A stretch of 64,000 nt of DNA, taken from IMG/VR virus record IMGVR_UViG_3300046171_000155, one strand, 5' to 3'. The first letter of the stretch is position 1, and each line of letters opens with the position of its first letter. Shown here one piece after another: positions 8,761 through 18,369 of this stretch. Below the pieces are notes generated by a model. It had not been told where the DNA came from, ran no database searches, and worked only from the letters and a program-made list of their open reading frames with translations. Made by a program: the position numbers and the translations under genes. Source of the DNA: a virus.

Positions 8761-9682
8761 TCTTTTTGCCTCCAAAATCTACGAATGTAATATTGTTTAC
8801 TTTTTCACGATCATCAAGGTCATATTGTACCCTATAATCGCTATTGATGTCAAGTACTCTTTCAAGAAGATCAAAGGAATGTTCGTTGCCTTCTCGATCT
8901 TCAAATGTAGAAAATCGTAAGAATGCCTTTGTGTCTTTAGGCAGACACGCGCCGCCGAAACCACGCTTACCATCAAAACCTGGAACACGAGTATGGCCCA
9001 TGCCGACACGATCATCTTTACCAGCAGCTCGCACTACAGTGTTGTAGTTGCAACCATACATGTTGATCAGATCATACAACTGATTGAAGAATGTGATCTT
9101 GGTTGATAGGAATGAGTTGATCGTGTATTTTACAAACGATGCCTCGTATGCAGTCATACGGTGATAGTCATTTGACTCACACGCACTAAAGATTTCATAC
9201 ACATCGATGACTTCTGCAACTGACTGAGGAGTGCCACCGATGACATGAAACTTTGCAGAGACGAAATCTGCCTTTGCGTTTTTCTCTGTCAGAAACTCAG
9301 GATTATAGGCAAAACGATCTGCCTGTTCTTTCGTGATCTGTTGATAAATTCTATCAACCGCATCTGGTGTGATAGTTGACTTGATGATTACAAGAGCATC
9401 TGTTTCATGTAAACACTTCAGTGCAGACTCTTCAACAATAGAAGAATTGACAGAACCATCGTCATTCGAAGGTGTCGGTGCGCAGATGAAGAAACAAGTC
9501 GGAGTCTCATCAAGTGTTTTTGATGACAAGTCATCTAGACCTGTGTTATACTTTGGATCAAATAGTGCGAAGTCGACTATAGGATGCGTGAATGCATATT
9601 CTACAGCTTGTCCGACAAATCCATGCCCCACAATACCAATTAAAAACCTTGCGGGTGCGCCGTCCGGCATCATTCTAGACAT
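8693..9682 (-). CDS. UDP-glucose/GDP-mannose 6-dehydrogenase family (short form)
   Basis: GIVGHGFVG, IKSTITP, YNPEFL, KYTINSFLSTKITFFN, GFGGACLPKD. Confidence 0.9.
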   Translation of the reverse strand: MSRMMPDGAPARFLIGIVGHGFVGQAVEYAFTHPIVDFALFDPKYNTGLDDLSSKTLDETPTCFFICAPTPSNDDGSVNSSIVEESALKCLHETDALVIIKSTITPDAVDRIYQQITKEQADRFAYNPEFLTEKNAKADFVSAKFHVIGGTPQSVAEVIDVYEIFSACESNDYHRMTAYEASFVKYTINSFLSTKITFFNQLYDLINMYGCNYNTVVRAAGKDDRVGMGHTRVPGFDGKRGFGGACLPKDTKAFLRFSTFEDREGNEHSFDLLERVLDINSDYRVQYDLDDREKVNNITFVDFGGKKNVDNGQTEEEQQDKGDGDSLDE

Positions 9683-10623
9683 TAGTCTACCTCGTTATAT
9701 TCTTTGTACCACTCGTAAAATCTTTCAACACCTTCTGCGATACTCACTTTTGGTTGATAACCAAGTGCGCCAAGTTTAGATGTGTCTGACCATGTTTCCT
9801 TGGTGTCTGCCGGATGCTTAGGTGCAAGATTCTTAATTGCTGTCTTACCAGTGTTCTTTTCAATTTCACCAATAAAGTCCATCAACTCGACTTGTTCACC
9901 ACGACCAATGTTAAAGATCTCACCAGACTGGATATCGGTGTTATCTAAGACGACTTCAATACCGTCCAAAATGTCATCAATATAAGTGAAGTCGCGCTTC
10001 ATGTCACCATAATTATACACGGTTATTTCTTTTTCGTCAAGAATGTTCTTAGTGAAATCAAACAATGCCATATCCGGACGGCCCCAAGGACCATAGACTG
10101 TGAAGAAACGCAGACCGACAGTATTGAGACCAGACGACTGCATCTGACACTCGTTCGCCCACTTGGTGTATCCGTATGCGTTCAACTGCTTACCATGTTC
10201 GCGACCTTCCACCCATGGCACCGGAGCGCCAGCATAAATGCATGAAGTTGACGCATAGACGATACGCGTTTTTGGTAAATGCCTTTTACAAACATCAATC
10301 AGGTTCTGCGTCCCATCGATATTATTTGCGTGATAACTCTTCTCTTTACCTAGTGAGTCGCGCACACCTGCCATCGCACCTAAGTGCACGATAGTGTCTG
10401 GTTTAAAATCCCACAAGAGTGCTTCTAACTTGACCTCATCTGTTAGGTCGCATCCCCAAATATCAAGGTTAAAGTGGACCATGCGGTCGCGTTTCAACTT
10501 TGGAGTATATAAGTGGTTGTTAAAATTGTCAATTCCCTTGACCGAAAGACCACGATCCATCAGCCGTTTTGATAACTGAGATCCAATGAATCCAGCGGCA
10601 CCTGTAACTAAAACTCTTTTCAT
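9682..10623 (-). CDS. NAD-dependent epimerase, UDP-glucuronate 4-epimerase-like
   Basis: TGAAGFIG, YGYTK, GLRFFTVYGPWGRPDMA, RDFTYIDDI. Confidence 0.92.
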   Translation of the reverse strand: MKRVLVTGAAGFIGSQLSKRLMDRGLSVKGIDNFNNHLYTPKLKRDRMVHFNLDIWGCDLTDEVKLEALLWDFKPDTIVHLGAMAGVRDSLGKEKSYHANNIDGTQNLIDVCKRHLPKTRIVYASTSCIYAGAPVPWVEGREHGKQLNAYGYTKWANECQMQSSGLNTVGLRFFTVYGPWGRPDMALFDFTKNILDEKEITVYNYGDMKRDFTYIDDILDGIEVVLDNTDIQSGEIFNIGRGEQVELMDFIGEIEKNTGKTAIKNLAPKHPADTKETWSDTSKLGALGYQPKVSIAEGVERFYEWYKEYNEVD

Positions 10624-10624
10624 T

Positions 10625-11569
10625 TTATCCGTTCCTGTAAATATATTCTAATGCCCTGTCTGCTTCTGCAGTCAGTGGTCTATTTTCATACCAGTTGCCT
10701 GTCTCAAGATCAAACTCGCGACATAGATCTGCAATCTGGTTTGCGGTGATTGGGTATCCTTTAGAGTATGCATTACCCGCAATCGCAATCATTATCTTGT
10801 ACATTTTAAAATACCATCCGGAGTCTGTAATCTGCATATATTGCGCACCCAGCTTACGCGGCCAGAATGGGCAATCACGATAAGAAGACCATCGGTAGTC
10901 GGTGTTATTTAGACCATCTTTACGATACTGTATAACTGCTGCTCGCATCTCAGGTGATAGTCTATCAAGGAAGGTATTGTTCGTTTTCTCATGATAAGGA
11001 TGTTTTGCAATCAACTCAGACGCATTCATGGGGTTGCCACCAGAGTTGACCATAAAGAACGAATACGCGTTGGGATACTGTGCGGGCACGTAGTACATAC
11101 GCGCAAGATCTTTCGTCTGTGGATCACCGAGTTCACCTAGTTCTGTATTGAGTGCATGCCAGAACGCTTTGATACGATTGTTCTCGATCTGTTCGTCGAG
11201 ACGGAATATGATTCGAAATTTTAGATGCTCTTCTGTACTACTCGCTGTGTTGTAGACGACATAGTCATACTGACCATACTTGCGATGTAACCAAGTTCGC
11301 AAAGATTCTACATTAGTGCAACCGTCAATAGGATCATCCACATCAACGCAACACCAAGGAGACCAATATAGAACAGATCGATTACTACGCGTCGTACCCA
11401 CGTCGAACACAGCAGGAGTAAGAAGAGGAGAACTATTGGATCCACCTTTCTCTCCAGGTTTAGTGTAAGAATCACGAAGACACACCACGAAGTCCATCCA
11501 CGACATAAATGTGGTACGACGGTGTGTCTTGTTATCAAACTGGTTTTTGAATAGAGTTAGCTCATACAT
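10625..11569 (-). CDS. AEP-superfamily primase/polymerase-like protein
   Basis: CCVDVDD (DxD), YNTASS...KFRIIFRL, DPQTKDLARMYYVP; helical C-terminal domain. Confidence 0.6.
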   Translation of the reverse strand: MYELTLFKNQFDNKTHRRTTFMSWMDFVVCLRDSYTKPGEKGGSNSSPLLTPAVFDVGTTRSNRSVLYWSPWCCVDVDDPIDGCTNVESLRTWLHRKYGQYDYVVYNTASSTEEHLKFRIIFRLDEQIENNRIKAFWHALNTELGELGDPQTKDLARMYYVPAQYPNAYSFFMVNSGGNPMNASELIAKHPYHEKTNNTFLDRLSPEMRAAVIQYRKDGLNNTDYRWSSYRDCPFWPRKLGAQYMQITDSGWYFKMYKIMIAIAGNAYSKGYPITANQIADLCREFDLETGNWYENRPLTAEADRALEYIYRNG

Positions 11570-11575
11570 GCAGAC

Positions 11576-11604
11576 ATTATACCACTAACCAAAGAATACG
11601 TCAA
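11576..11604 (-). promoter_or_regulatory. sigma70 promoter, leaderless
   Basis: TTGACG-N17-TATAAT with TGn extension, then 6 nt to ATG 11569. Confidence 0.8.
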
Positions 11605-12463
11605 GGGTAGAGACGCCCTGCTCTTGATAGTTCCAGAGCAGTAGTTCTTTGCGGTTATGTTCGTCCTCACGGTACTTCTTACCGGAGTGCATGGTGTAGG
11701 TTAGATCCCACTCCAACTGATTCCATCCAGTGTATGCTTGCTTGAGTGTTTCGTTAGAGTTGTAGGTGATCATAACCATCGCATCGGTGTTGTCGAGTTC
11801 ATCGTGGAACCGCTTGTGACAAAACGAGTCGTGCATATCCCCGTTGTTACCATAGATGAACGACTTGATGTCGTAAGGTGGGTCCGCAAAGATAAATGTA
11901 TCTTTATCAGCACCTTCTAGAAAATACGAGTAGTCTTCGTTGGTGATCTCCCAGTTGCGCATCAACGCTGAGAACTTGGGCAACTTACCAATCAGTCGAT
12001 GGTTGAATTGCTGAAACACCGCATCTTTTGAAAACGAACCTGTAGACTCACCCAGACCACTAAATGAGCAACGATTCATAACATAGAACTGCCACGCGAT
12101 CTCGAAGGGATCCTCTGCGGTATTCAGACCCTCACGCATGATATGATAATAGTCAAGGTGAGCCTGTAAGGAATCCTCTGCGTCGGAGAGTTCATCTTTG
12201 ACTGCGTGTAGTTTATCCGCAAGGTCTTGGCCGCGACTCTGGAGAGACTTCCAGAAGCAGTACAGATTGTAGTATTTGTCGTTGACTTTGACGGGAATAT
12301 TGGGAAACTTTTTAGTAAACGCAATCGCGCAAGAACCGCCACCTAGAAACATCTCGCGATATTCACGAATATTATCGACGGGCATATTCTGTGACGAGAA
12401 TAAGAAATCAACAGCGCGTGACTTACCGCCTGGATATCGGAGGGGCGTTTTTAAGTTTTTCAT
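11585..12463 (-). CDS. dam: DNA adenine methyltransferase (Dam/D12 class)
   Basis: LRYPGGKS, EMFLGGGS, NRCSFSG, FADPPY. Confidence 0.9.
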   Translation of the reverse strand: MKNLKTPLRYPGGKSRAVDFLFSSQNMPVDNIREYREMFLGGGSCAIAFTKKFPNIPVKVNDKYYNLYCFWKSLQSRGQDLADKLHAVKDELSDAEDSLQAHLDYYHIMREGLNTAEDPFEIAWQFYVMNRCSFSGLGESTGSFSKDAVFQQFNHRLIGKLPKFSALMRNWEITNEDYSYFLEGADKDTFIFADPPYDIKSFIYGNNGDMHDSFCHKRFHDELDNTDAMVMITYNSNETLKQAYTGWNQLEWDLTYTMHSGKKYREDEHNRKELLLWNYQEQGVSTLDVFFG

Positions 12464-12469
12464 GCGTAT

Positions 12470-12498
12470 ATTATACCATAATGATACTTGTTCGTCAA
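12470..12498 (-). promoter_or_regulatory. sigma70 promoter, leaderless
   Basis: TTGACG-N17-TATAAT with TGn extension, then 6 nt to ATG 12463. Confidence 0.8.
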
Positions 12499-12731
12499 TC
12501 GAAAAGTTCTTCGAAAGAGGTTACGCCCATAAGTTCGAATATGGGTTCTAAGTCTATCACATCAGGGATTTCTTGAACGGCAGGTGGTGTGTACTTAGAC
12601 CAACAAGAAGGGCACCTCGGTTTACGTTCTGCTATAACGTCCTTTTGTTCTGACCAAGTCAACAGTGATAAACTTACCTTTCTACTGCAGTCGCAACATT
12701 TTTGTTTATAAGGTAACGTTTTTTGTCCCAT
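12495..12731 (-). CDS. Small zinc-finger-like protein, 78 aa (start MGQKTLPY)
   Basis: CCDC...CPSC; GAGG SD; own TTGACT-N17-TATGAT promoter; the longer ORF call overlaps gp43. Confidence 0.6.
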   Translation of the reverse strand: MGQKTLPYKQKCCDCSRKVSLSLLTWSEQKDVIAERKPRCPSCWSKYTPPAVQEIPDVIDLEPIFELMGVTSFEELFD

Positions 12732-12786
12732 ATCAAAATCCTCAATTATTTCGAATCGGGTATCATAGTACATTTTAAAAACAAAG

Positions 12787-15262
12787 TCAACCAAAAAAGT
12801 CCTCAAGAGTTGCTTTCGGCTCTGTTTGCCAACCAACAGCGTCGAGTATCGGCTCAAGCGGGTCGAGGAAAGTCTTGTCAAACATCGTATCATAGTCAAT
12901 GTATTTGTGCAGGTTCAGTTCTGGTGGGAGATTCAGTGGATAACTTACAACGTTCTGACCGAGACCGTTTGGAACTTTGAGATAACAAAACTTGATTTTC
13001 TCTCCCTGCTTCACGGTCTCCACGCGATTCTGAAGTCCGGCATCTTTGATTGCGGCATTGAAACATAGTGCACCACGAACATGGATAGGAGTACCTTTCT
13101 TGAAGATAGTCTTGCGGTCTTGCCACTTAGTCAACTCAGACACACCACGAGGGAAAGACACATCTTCAGGAGGCAGAGTCTTGAAGTAGGAACGGAAGTC
13201 ACGAATATATCCCTTGAGTGTCGGACTCAGTACCCTCCACAATGACGCGGAAGATCTCCTTAAACTTATCGCGGACGACCTGCGGAGTCGAAGACTTGAT
13301 CGCCTCGATGCCCATCATCTTGAGTTTGGGTTCTGCGTACTGGACGCCTTCGTTGTTGTGGACGTTCAGGATGTATCGTTTCTTCGCCATCCAGATCCCA
13401 CGGTCTGCGATCACCTCACGTCCCATCTCCATTCGGTTGACATACGCGCCTGTGACCTCTGCCATCTTTGCATATGATTTATCAAGTGATTTCTCGAAAT
13501 GTTCGCGGCAGATCTTATCTAAGAACTTGACAGGATTGTTGGGACTAAAACGGTCGATAAGATCACCCATTCGAATATAAACGGAGTCTGTGTCAATTGC
13601 CACAACGTAATCTTCATCTGTTTTGAGAATGTTTTGCATCTCATTGTTCACGCACCTCTCTGCCCATTTGATGGCTAACTGACCAGCCATGGTGATAGAC
13701 TCGGCAACACGCTGATCAAAGTACCGAAACCACTTATTACCAAGAGCGCCATAGAGTGAGTTCATTAAGATCTTAATCGCCATCTGTTGGTTGTTAAGTG
13801 ACGTGATCTTATATTGCAGGGACTTGCTTGGGTTCTTTTGATATTCCTGTTCTAACTCCAGCATCTTATTTTTAATGATGCGTCGGTCTGCATAGTATTG
13901 TTCAATGATTGTCGGAATCACACCTTTGCGGTCATGCGAGAATCTGACACCAGTCGGGGAGATCGAGTACTCAGAATCATTCACCGTTCTACCTTCCAAG
14001 AAACTCTCGACAGACACGTCGGGCACAATACCATCGACTACAGTCTCCGGCGACATATTGTACTGCACAATGATGTTAGGATACAGAGAGTTCAGGTCAA
14101 ATGAGGTCACCCAATCATGCGCACCAACTTGAGGTTCTTTAACATACCCGCCAGGATATGGAGTCTTGGGTTTCTCTGTCTTGGGGGGGATCACGATCTT
14201 CTGATTGTTCAACATGCGGTAAATGATCGAGTCCCAGATCGCAGTCGTACCGAGAGTGTCTGTATAGTTGACACCGCCACGATACGCCATAGTGAGTACC
14301 AGAGAGATTAGGTCAAGTTTCTCATCGATCTTGTGCACCAACTCCACGTCTTTGACGTTGTAGTCAATAAACTTCTGGTAGTCCTCTTTATAAAGGGTGT
14401 GTAGGTTTCCGTGTTCTTCATACGAGAGTTTGCTTTCGCCTAGGACGACGTGCGCAACAAAGTCTAACCGATAAGACTCTAATCTTCCGATCGTGTTGAG
14501 GGTAAACTTTTTAAAGACCTCAAGGTAATCAAGATGCTCAACGCCGTCAATAATATACTCTTGGTTTTCTTGTCCATTAATTTTCTGCTTTCTCTCGCGC
14601 ACGAGACCCCAAGGCGACAGACGTTTTACTAACGTGTCGTCACCAAAAAGATTGTAACATCGGTTGACGATGTAAGGGATATCAAAGAATCGTGTGTTCC
14701 ATCCTGTAATAATGTCGGGACTGTAACTCTGCCAGTGTTCCACAAATTTACGGATCAGGTCCATCTCGTTGTCACAACGGATAAACAGAACATCTTCACG
14801 AGAAGGAGTGTAGTCATTGAGTCCCCACACCCAGTAGTTTCCGTCGTTCTTACGAATGGCGATAGAGATGATAGGGTGTTTTGCAGATTCGGGTTCTGGG
14901 AACCCAGAGTCAGAAGCTACCTCGATATCAATATTAACAACGCGAACCTGATCGCGTTCGAATTTAATTTCGTTCGGCCAATATTCGGATATGAATTGAG
15001 CAGTGTAATTATTTTGACCGAAAACCTTGAAGTTAGAAACGTCACGATACTGCTTCGTGAACTCCGTTGCCTCTTTCATGGTCTCGAACTGCATCTCAAC
15101 CATAGACCGGCCATCTAGAGTTCTCCACTCTGAAGGTGAGTCGCCGGAGACATAAAGTTTTGGTTTGAAGGGAACGCGGGTTTTGATCTGTTGACCATTA
15201 TCATATCCGCGATAAAGAATGTTGTTCCCGATGCGGGAAACGTTGGTATAGAATCTAGTCAT
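12787..15262 (-). CDS. gp43: Family B DNA polymerase gp43, one apparent frameshift near 13212
   Basis: DIEV exonuclease, [32 protein letters not shown]; deleting one G of CAAGGGATAT joins the two ORFs and gives the C-terminus TLEDFFG. Confidence 0.95.
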
Positions 15263-15269
15263 GTAGGAG

Positions 15270-15298
15270 ATTATATAATAAAAAAAGTTTAATGTCAA
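15270..15298 (-). promoter_or_regulatory. sigma70 promoter of gp43, leaderless
   Basis: Perfect TTGACA-N17-TATAAT, then 7 nt to ATG 15262. Confidence 0.85.
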
Positions 15299-16104
15299 TC
15301 AATAACGTGAAAAAAATTGTGTCTAGTCCAAGGTTCCTTAATTTGTTTTTCTTTGTATCCATGATGATCCTGCGTCACGCACAAACGTTTTGAAATCAAC
15401 TGTGTGGTCGGTGTTGGAATGCCTGTCTTATCACGATCTTTGTAATTAAAGTAGACCCCAATATCACGACCAACACCTATAGTATCACAATCATGCCAAG
15501 GATGTAAAGCTGTATTTTTAATCCCATAGTGATCGACTTCTGGTCGTTCTAAATGTTGCGTAGTATATGTTCTGAAAAGACGTTGCAACACACAGTAAGG
15601 ACCGCAGTTAATTGGGAAGTTGTTGTTGGTCATCATGTGGTGACCCCAGTGCGCGAAGTTTCGGTCCATGCAATACATACCCATGAACAGTCCTATATTC
15701 GCGTAGAGGGTGTTCTCTGCGTACTCAACGAGCAGTTTGAATGCTTCGTACCGTTCCTCTATCAACCAAGTATCGTGTTCTAGTATCCAGAACTTTTCGT
15801 CGGACTGCCCTTGTTGCCGCATAAGTTCCCAATGAGAACACATCCCTGCTTTCTCTGTGGGTGAGTGGTCGTCTTTACTGTTACCAGAATTTAGATCTAG
15901 GGTCATAAGACTTTTAGACCAAACATACTTATCTACATGTTCTTGGAACATATCAGATTGTGGGGTGATTGCGTCGAAAGTTTCGATAGAGTCGATATAT
16001 CCTTCGTCGATGGCGCGTTGGAAAGACTGACGGGAGAGTGATGCGTACTCTTCAGACCGTTCGTCTCCTTTCATTACTATTTGTATTGCTTTCATATTAC
16101 TCAC
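15295..16104 (-). CDS. Glycosyltransferase, GT25-like
   Basis: FDAITP, SPTEKAGMCSHWELM, WILEHD. Confidence 0.65.
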   Translation of the reverse strand: MSNMKAIQIVMKGDERSEEYASLSRQSFQRAIDEGYIDSIETFDAITPQSDMFQEHVDKYVWSKSLMTLDLNSGNSKDDHSPTEKAGMCSHWELMRQQGQSDEKFWILEHDTWLIEERYEAFKLLVEYAENTLYANIGLFMGMYCMDRNFAHWGHHMMTNNNFPINCGPYCVLQRLFRTYTTQHLERPEVDHYGIKNTALHPWHDCDTIGVGRDIGVYFNYKDRDKTGIPTPTTQLISKRLCVTQDHHGYKEKQIKEPWTRHNFFHVID

Positions 16105-16130
16105 AAAAAAGGGGGATGTTACTCCCCCTT
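16105..16130 (-). terminator. Intrinsic terminator
   Basis: GGGGGA-GTAACA-TCCCCC followed by T6. Confidence 0.8.
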
Positions 16131-16135
16131 ATTTA

Positions 16136-16243
16136 TTACATTAGTTGTTGGACACAGACGGCTACCACGAATACACTTGATAGTCCTGCGAACATCCAAC
16201 CCATCTCTTCTAACCTAGAGTTGGCTCGGTTGCTCTTCTCCAT
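16136..16243 (-). CDS. 35-aa single-TM peptide downstream of hsp20
   Basis: MEKSNRANSRLEEMGWMFAGLSSVFVVAVCVQQLM; GAGGAG SD; ends just before the terminator. Confidence 0.55.
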   Translation of the reverse strand: MEKSNRANSRLEEMGWMFAGLSSVFVVAVCVQQLM

Positions 16244-16700
16244 TGTTGCTCTCCTCGTTTAAAAGTTGCGGGGTCGATTGATAAGTGACGCCCGAATTAA
16301 TCGCTACTTTACGAGGCTTCTGACTTTCAGGGATTATTACCTCCAATTGGATGGCAAGTAACCCGTTCCTGAAATCAGCTCCCATTACTTCAACATACTC
16401 CGACAGACGGAACTGACGTTCAAATCTCTTCGTCGAAATGCCTTTATGAATATACTCTCTAGTGTCTAGTACAGACCCTCGAATGCTAAGTGTTCGGTTC
16501 TTTACTTCGATCTCGAGTTCGTCTTCCGTAAATCCGGCGACTGCTAACTCGATTAGGTATTGATCCTCTCCCGTCTTTAGAATATTATGCGGGGGGAACG
16601 TATCACCCGAGTGTCGTGCGACTCTATCCAATTCGTCGATCATAGTATCAAATCCGACGAATGCTGAACGTGGGAACAGTTGTTTTGCTGTTAATGTCAT
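16215..16700 (-). CDS. Small heat shock protein (IbpA/Hsp20)
   Basis: FPPHNI, IELAVAGF, YIHKGISTKRFERQFRL, ADFRNGLLAI. Confidence 0.93.
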   Translation of the reverse strand: MTLTAKQLFPRSAFVGFDTMIDELDRVARHSGDTFPPHNILKTGEDQYLIELAVAGFTEDELEIEVKNRTLSIRGSVLDTREYIHKGISTKRFERQFRLSEYVEVMGADFRNGLLAIQLEVIIPESQKPRKVAINSGVTYQSTPQLLNEESNNGEEQPSQL

Positions 16701-16706
16701 GTTGCT

Positions 16707-16760
16707 AACTCCTTAGTTTTAAGCAAGTTTAAAATAACCCCCACTTATGTGGCAGGTCAC
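16707..16760 (-). promoter_or_regulatory. ROSE-like RNA thermometer in the hsp20 5' UTR
   Basis: Two hairpins; the second, AACUU-G-CUUA-AAAC-UAAGGAGUU, pairs UUGCU with the SD and has a bulged G. Confidence 0.7.
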
Positions 16761-16812
16761 TACTATATATACAACTTATACGTATATCAGTAATATTAAA
16801 TTCGTGAATAAT

Positions 16813-17031
16813 TCACTCATCTAAATCATAGTTGTCATCACCAATGTGTATGACTTCATCGTTTTCGATCATCTGGATGATTTCTAGAGTGACTTTCTTA
16901 TCCATTAGAAGGTAAGACAGTCTGCTCTCAATCACATCTAGATGTCTTCGGTACATATCCAATTCTTTTTGTTTATTCTCTTTTTGCTTGATGACTTCTG
17001 TTAGAGATACTATCTTCGTTTCTTCAGTCAT
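16813..17031 (-). CDS. Hypothetical coiled-coil protein
   Basis: AGGAG SD; 72 aa. Confidence 0.6.
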   Translation of the reverse strand: MTEETKIVSLTEVIKQKENKQKELDMYRRHLDVIESRLSYLLMDKKVTLEIIQMIENDEVIHIGDDNYDLDE

Positions 17032-17043
17032 GTGGGCGACTCC

Positions 17044-17595
17044 TTAGTAATACATAGAGGGGTCTGGGTCTCCTTCAATACCAAATGAGAATGATACTCG
17101 TGAGATTTTAGGAAACACTTGATGGTGTGTTCCTCTAGGCAAGTACACATACATCCCTGGTTTAAAATCAAATGGTTCTTCGTTATTGATGCCCTCTACT
17201 TTGAGACCGACAGTCGAAATAACTTGTACTAAAAACACATCCATGGAGTCTTTGTGCCATGGATAAGAACCACTTTCTCGACCAAATCCGCTAAATGCAA
17301 TATTCGTTATATTTCTTTTATCTGAGTGCAGAGAGAAGACATCTTCTAACTCACTATAGATTACCTTTGCGAACTCCGGAGAACTTCCGCGAGAATGAAA
17401 ACTGTTAAGACCTATACGCATCTTATCAGAGTTACGATCATAAAGATCATCGGGGTGAGAATCCATCATTTCCATGAACTGATCCCACCCGTAAGTCTCT
17501 CCCATATCAAATGGCAAGTTACCTACGAATGGGGTCTTAGTCCCAATATTCTCATCGCGACCGTCAAAAATACCATAATGTTCTATAGTCATCAA
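17044..17595 (-). CDS. JmjC/cupin-type 2OG-Fe(II) oxygenase
   Basis: WHKDSMDVFLVQV (HxD), PGMYVYLPRGTHHQV, RVSFSF. Confidence 0.75.
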   Translation of the reverse strand: MMTIEHYGIFDGRDENIGTKTPFVGNLPFDMGETYGWDQFMEMMDSHPDDLYDRNSDKMRIGLNSFHSRGSSPEFAKVIYSELEDVFSLHSDKRNITNIAFSGFGRESGSYPWHKDSMDVFLVQVISTVGLKVEGINNEEPFDFKPGMYVYLPRGTHHQVFPKISRVSFSFGIEGDPDPSMYY

Positions 17596-18002
17596 TTATT
17601 TCCGATGTTATATTTTGGTTTCAATGTCCAGTTGGACTTATCTTTGTATGAGATGATCTTGATCTGTCTCATTGGCGCACAGTCAAGTGCAACATCTTTA
17701 TTGACGATTGCAACTAAACCCCAATCTTGTAGAAGGGTTGCGATCGTGTTGCGTCGTTCCATATCTGAAACTTCTAAGTTTGATTTCTTACCGTCCAGTA
17801 GAAACAACTCCTTGAAATGGACAATAAAATACCTACCCTGCTTGTGCAAGATATGGCATGATTGGAATAGGGTGTTGTCTCTACGAGAAGCCACACCTAT
17901 TCTTGTTAGGGTTTCTCTGACTTTTAAAAAGTCATCTGGTTCTGCTAACGTGATCTCTAACATCATGTCAGCGTTCCATTGAACTAGATTATTCTCTTCC
18001 AC
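17592..18002 (-). CDS. regA: Translational repressor RegA
   Basis: PDDFLKVRETLTRIGVASR, QSCHILHKQGRYFIVHFKELF, KYNIG. Confidence 0.96.
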   Translation of the reverse strand: MEENNLVQWNADMMLEITLAEPDDFLKVRETLTRIGVASRRDNTLFQSCHILHKQGRYFIVHFKELFLLDGKKSNLEVSDMERRNTIATLLQDWGLVAIVNKDVALDCAPMRQIKIISYKDKSNWTLKPKYNIGNN

Positions 18003-18369
18003 CTATGGATACCTTACTTTTAATTGTTGTTATTTGTGATTCTGACAAAAGACCTACCACCTGTTTTGCTTTGCTTTCACTATAACCGAAATACTGCTTC
18101 ACACATTCTATGTCGGTACGTTCTTCAGGTTTATCCCACTTAGAGAATCGTTTCTTCTTACGTACAATATTTATAAGAAAGTCGTATTGTAATTTAGAAT
18201 CCAAGTGGTGCAGACGATTCATTTCATTAGACATAATTACAGTTTCTGGAAAATAAGATAGTGACCTATTTACTAGAAATGAGTTATATTTAGTCTCAGT
18301 ATCCGCATCTTTATCCATGAGATTGACTTTAGTACTGTTTATACTATTTACAAACTCAAACGGGTTCAT
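17989..18369 (-). CDS. gp62: Clamp loader small subunit gp62
   Basis: YNSFLVNRSLSYF, NEMN, QYDFL; lies between gp44 and regA. Confidence 0.9.
   Translation of the reverse strand: MNPFEFVNSINSTKVNLMDKDADTETKYNSFLVNRSLSYFPETVIMSNEMNRLHHLDSKLQYDFLINIVRKKKRFSKWDKPEERTDIECVKQYFGYSESKAKQVVGLLSESQITTIKSKVSIGGRE

Noticed and set aside
12787-15262. Naturally split or programmed-frameshift DNA polymerase
   Set aside because: One extra G in a GGG run explains it; the second ORF has no proper start or SD, and similar indels hit other essential genes
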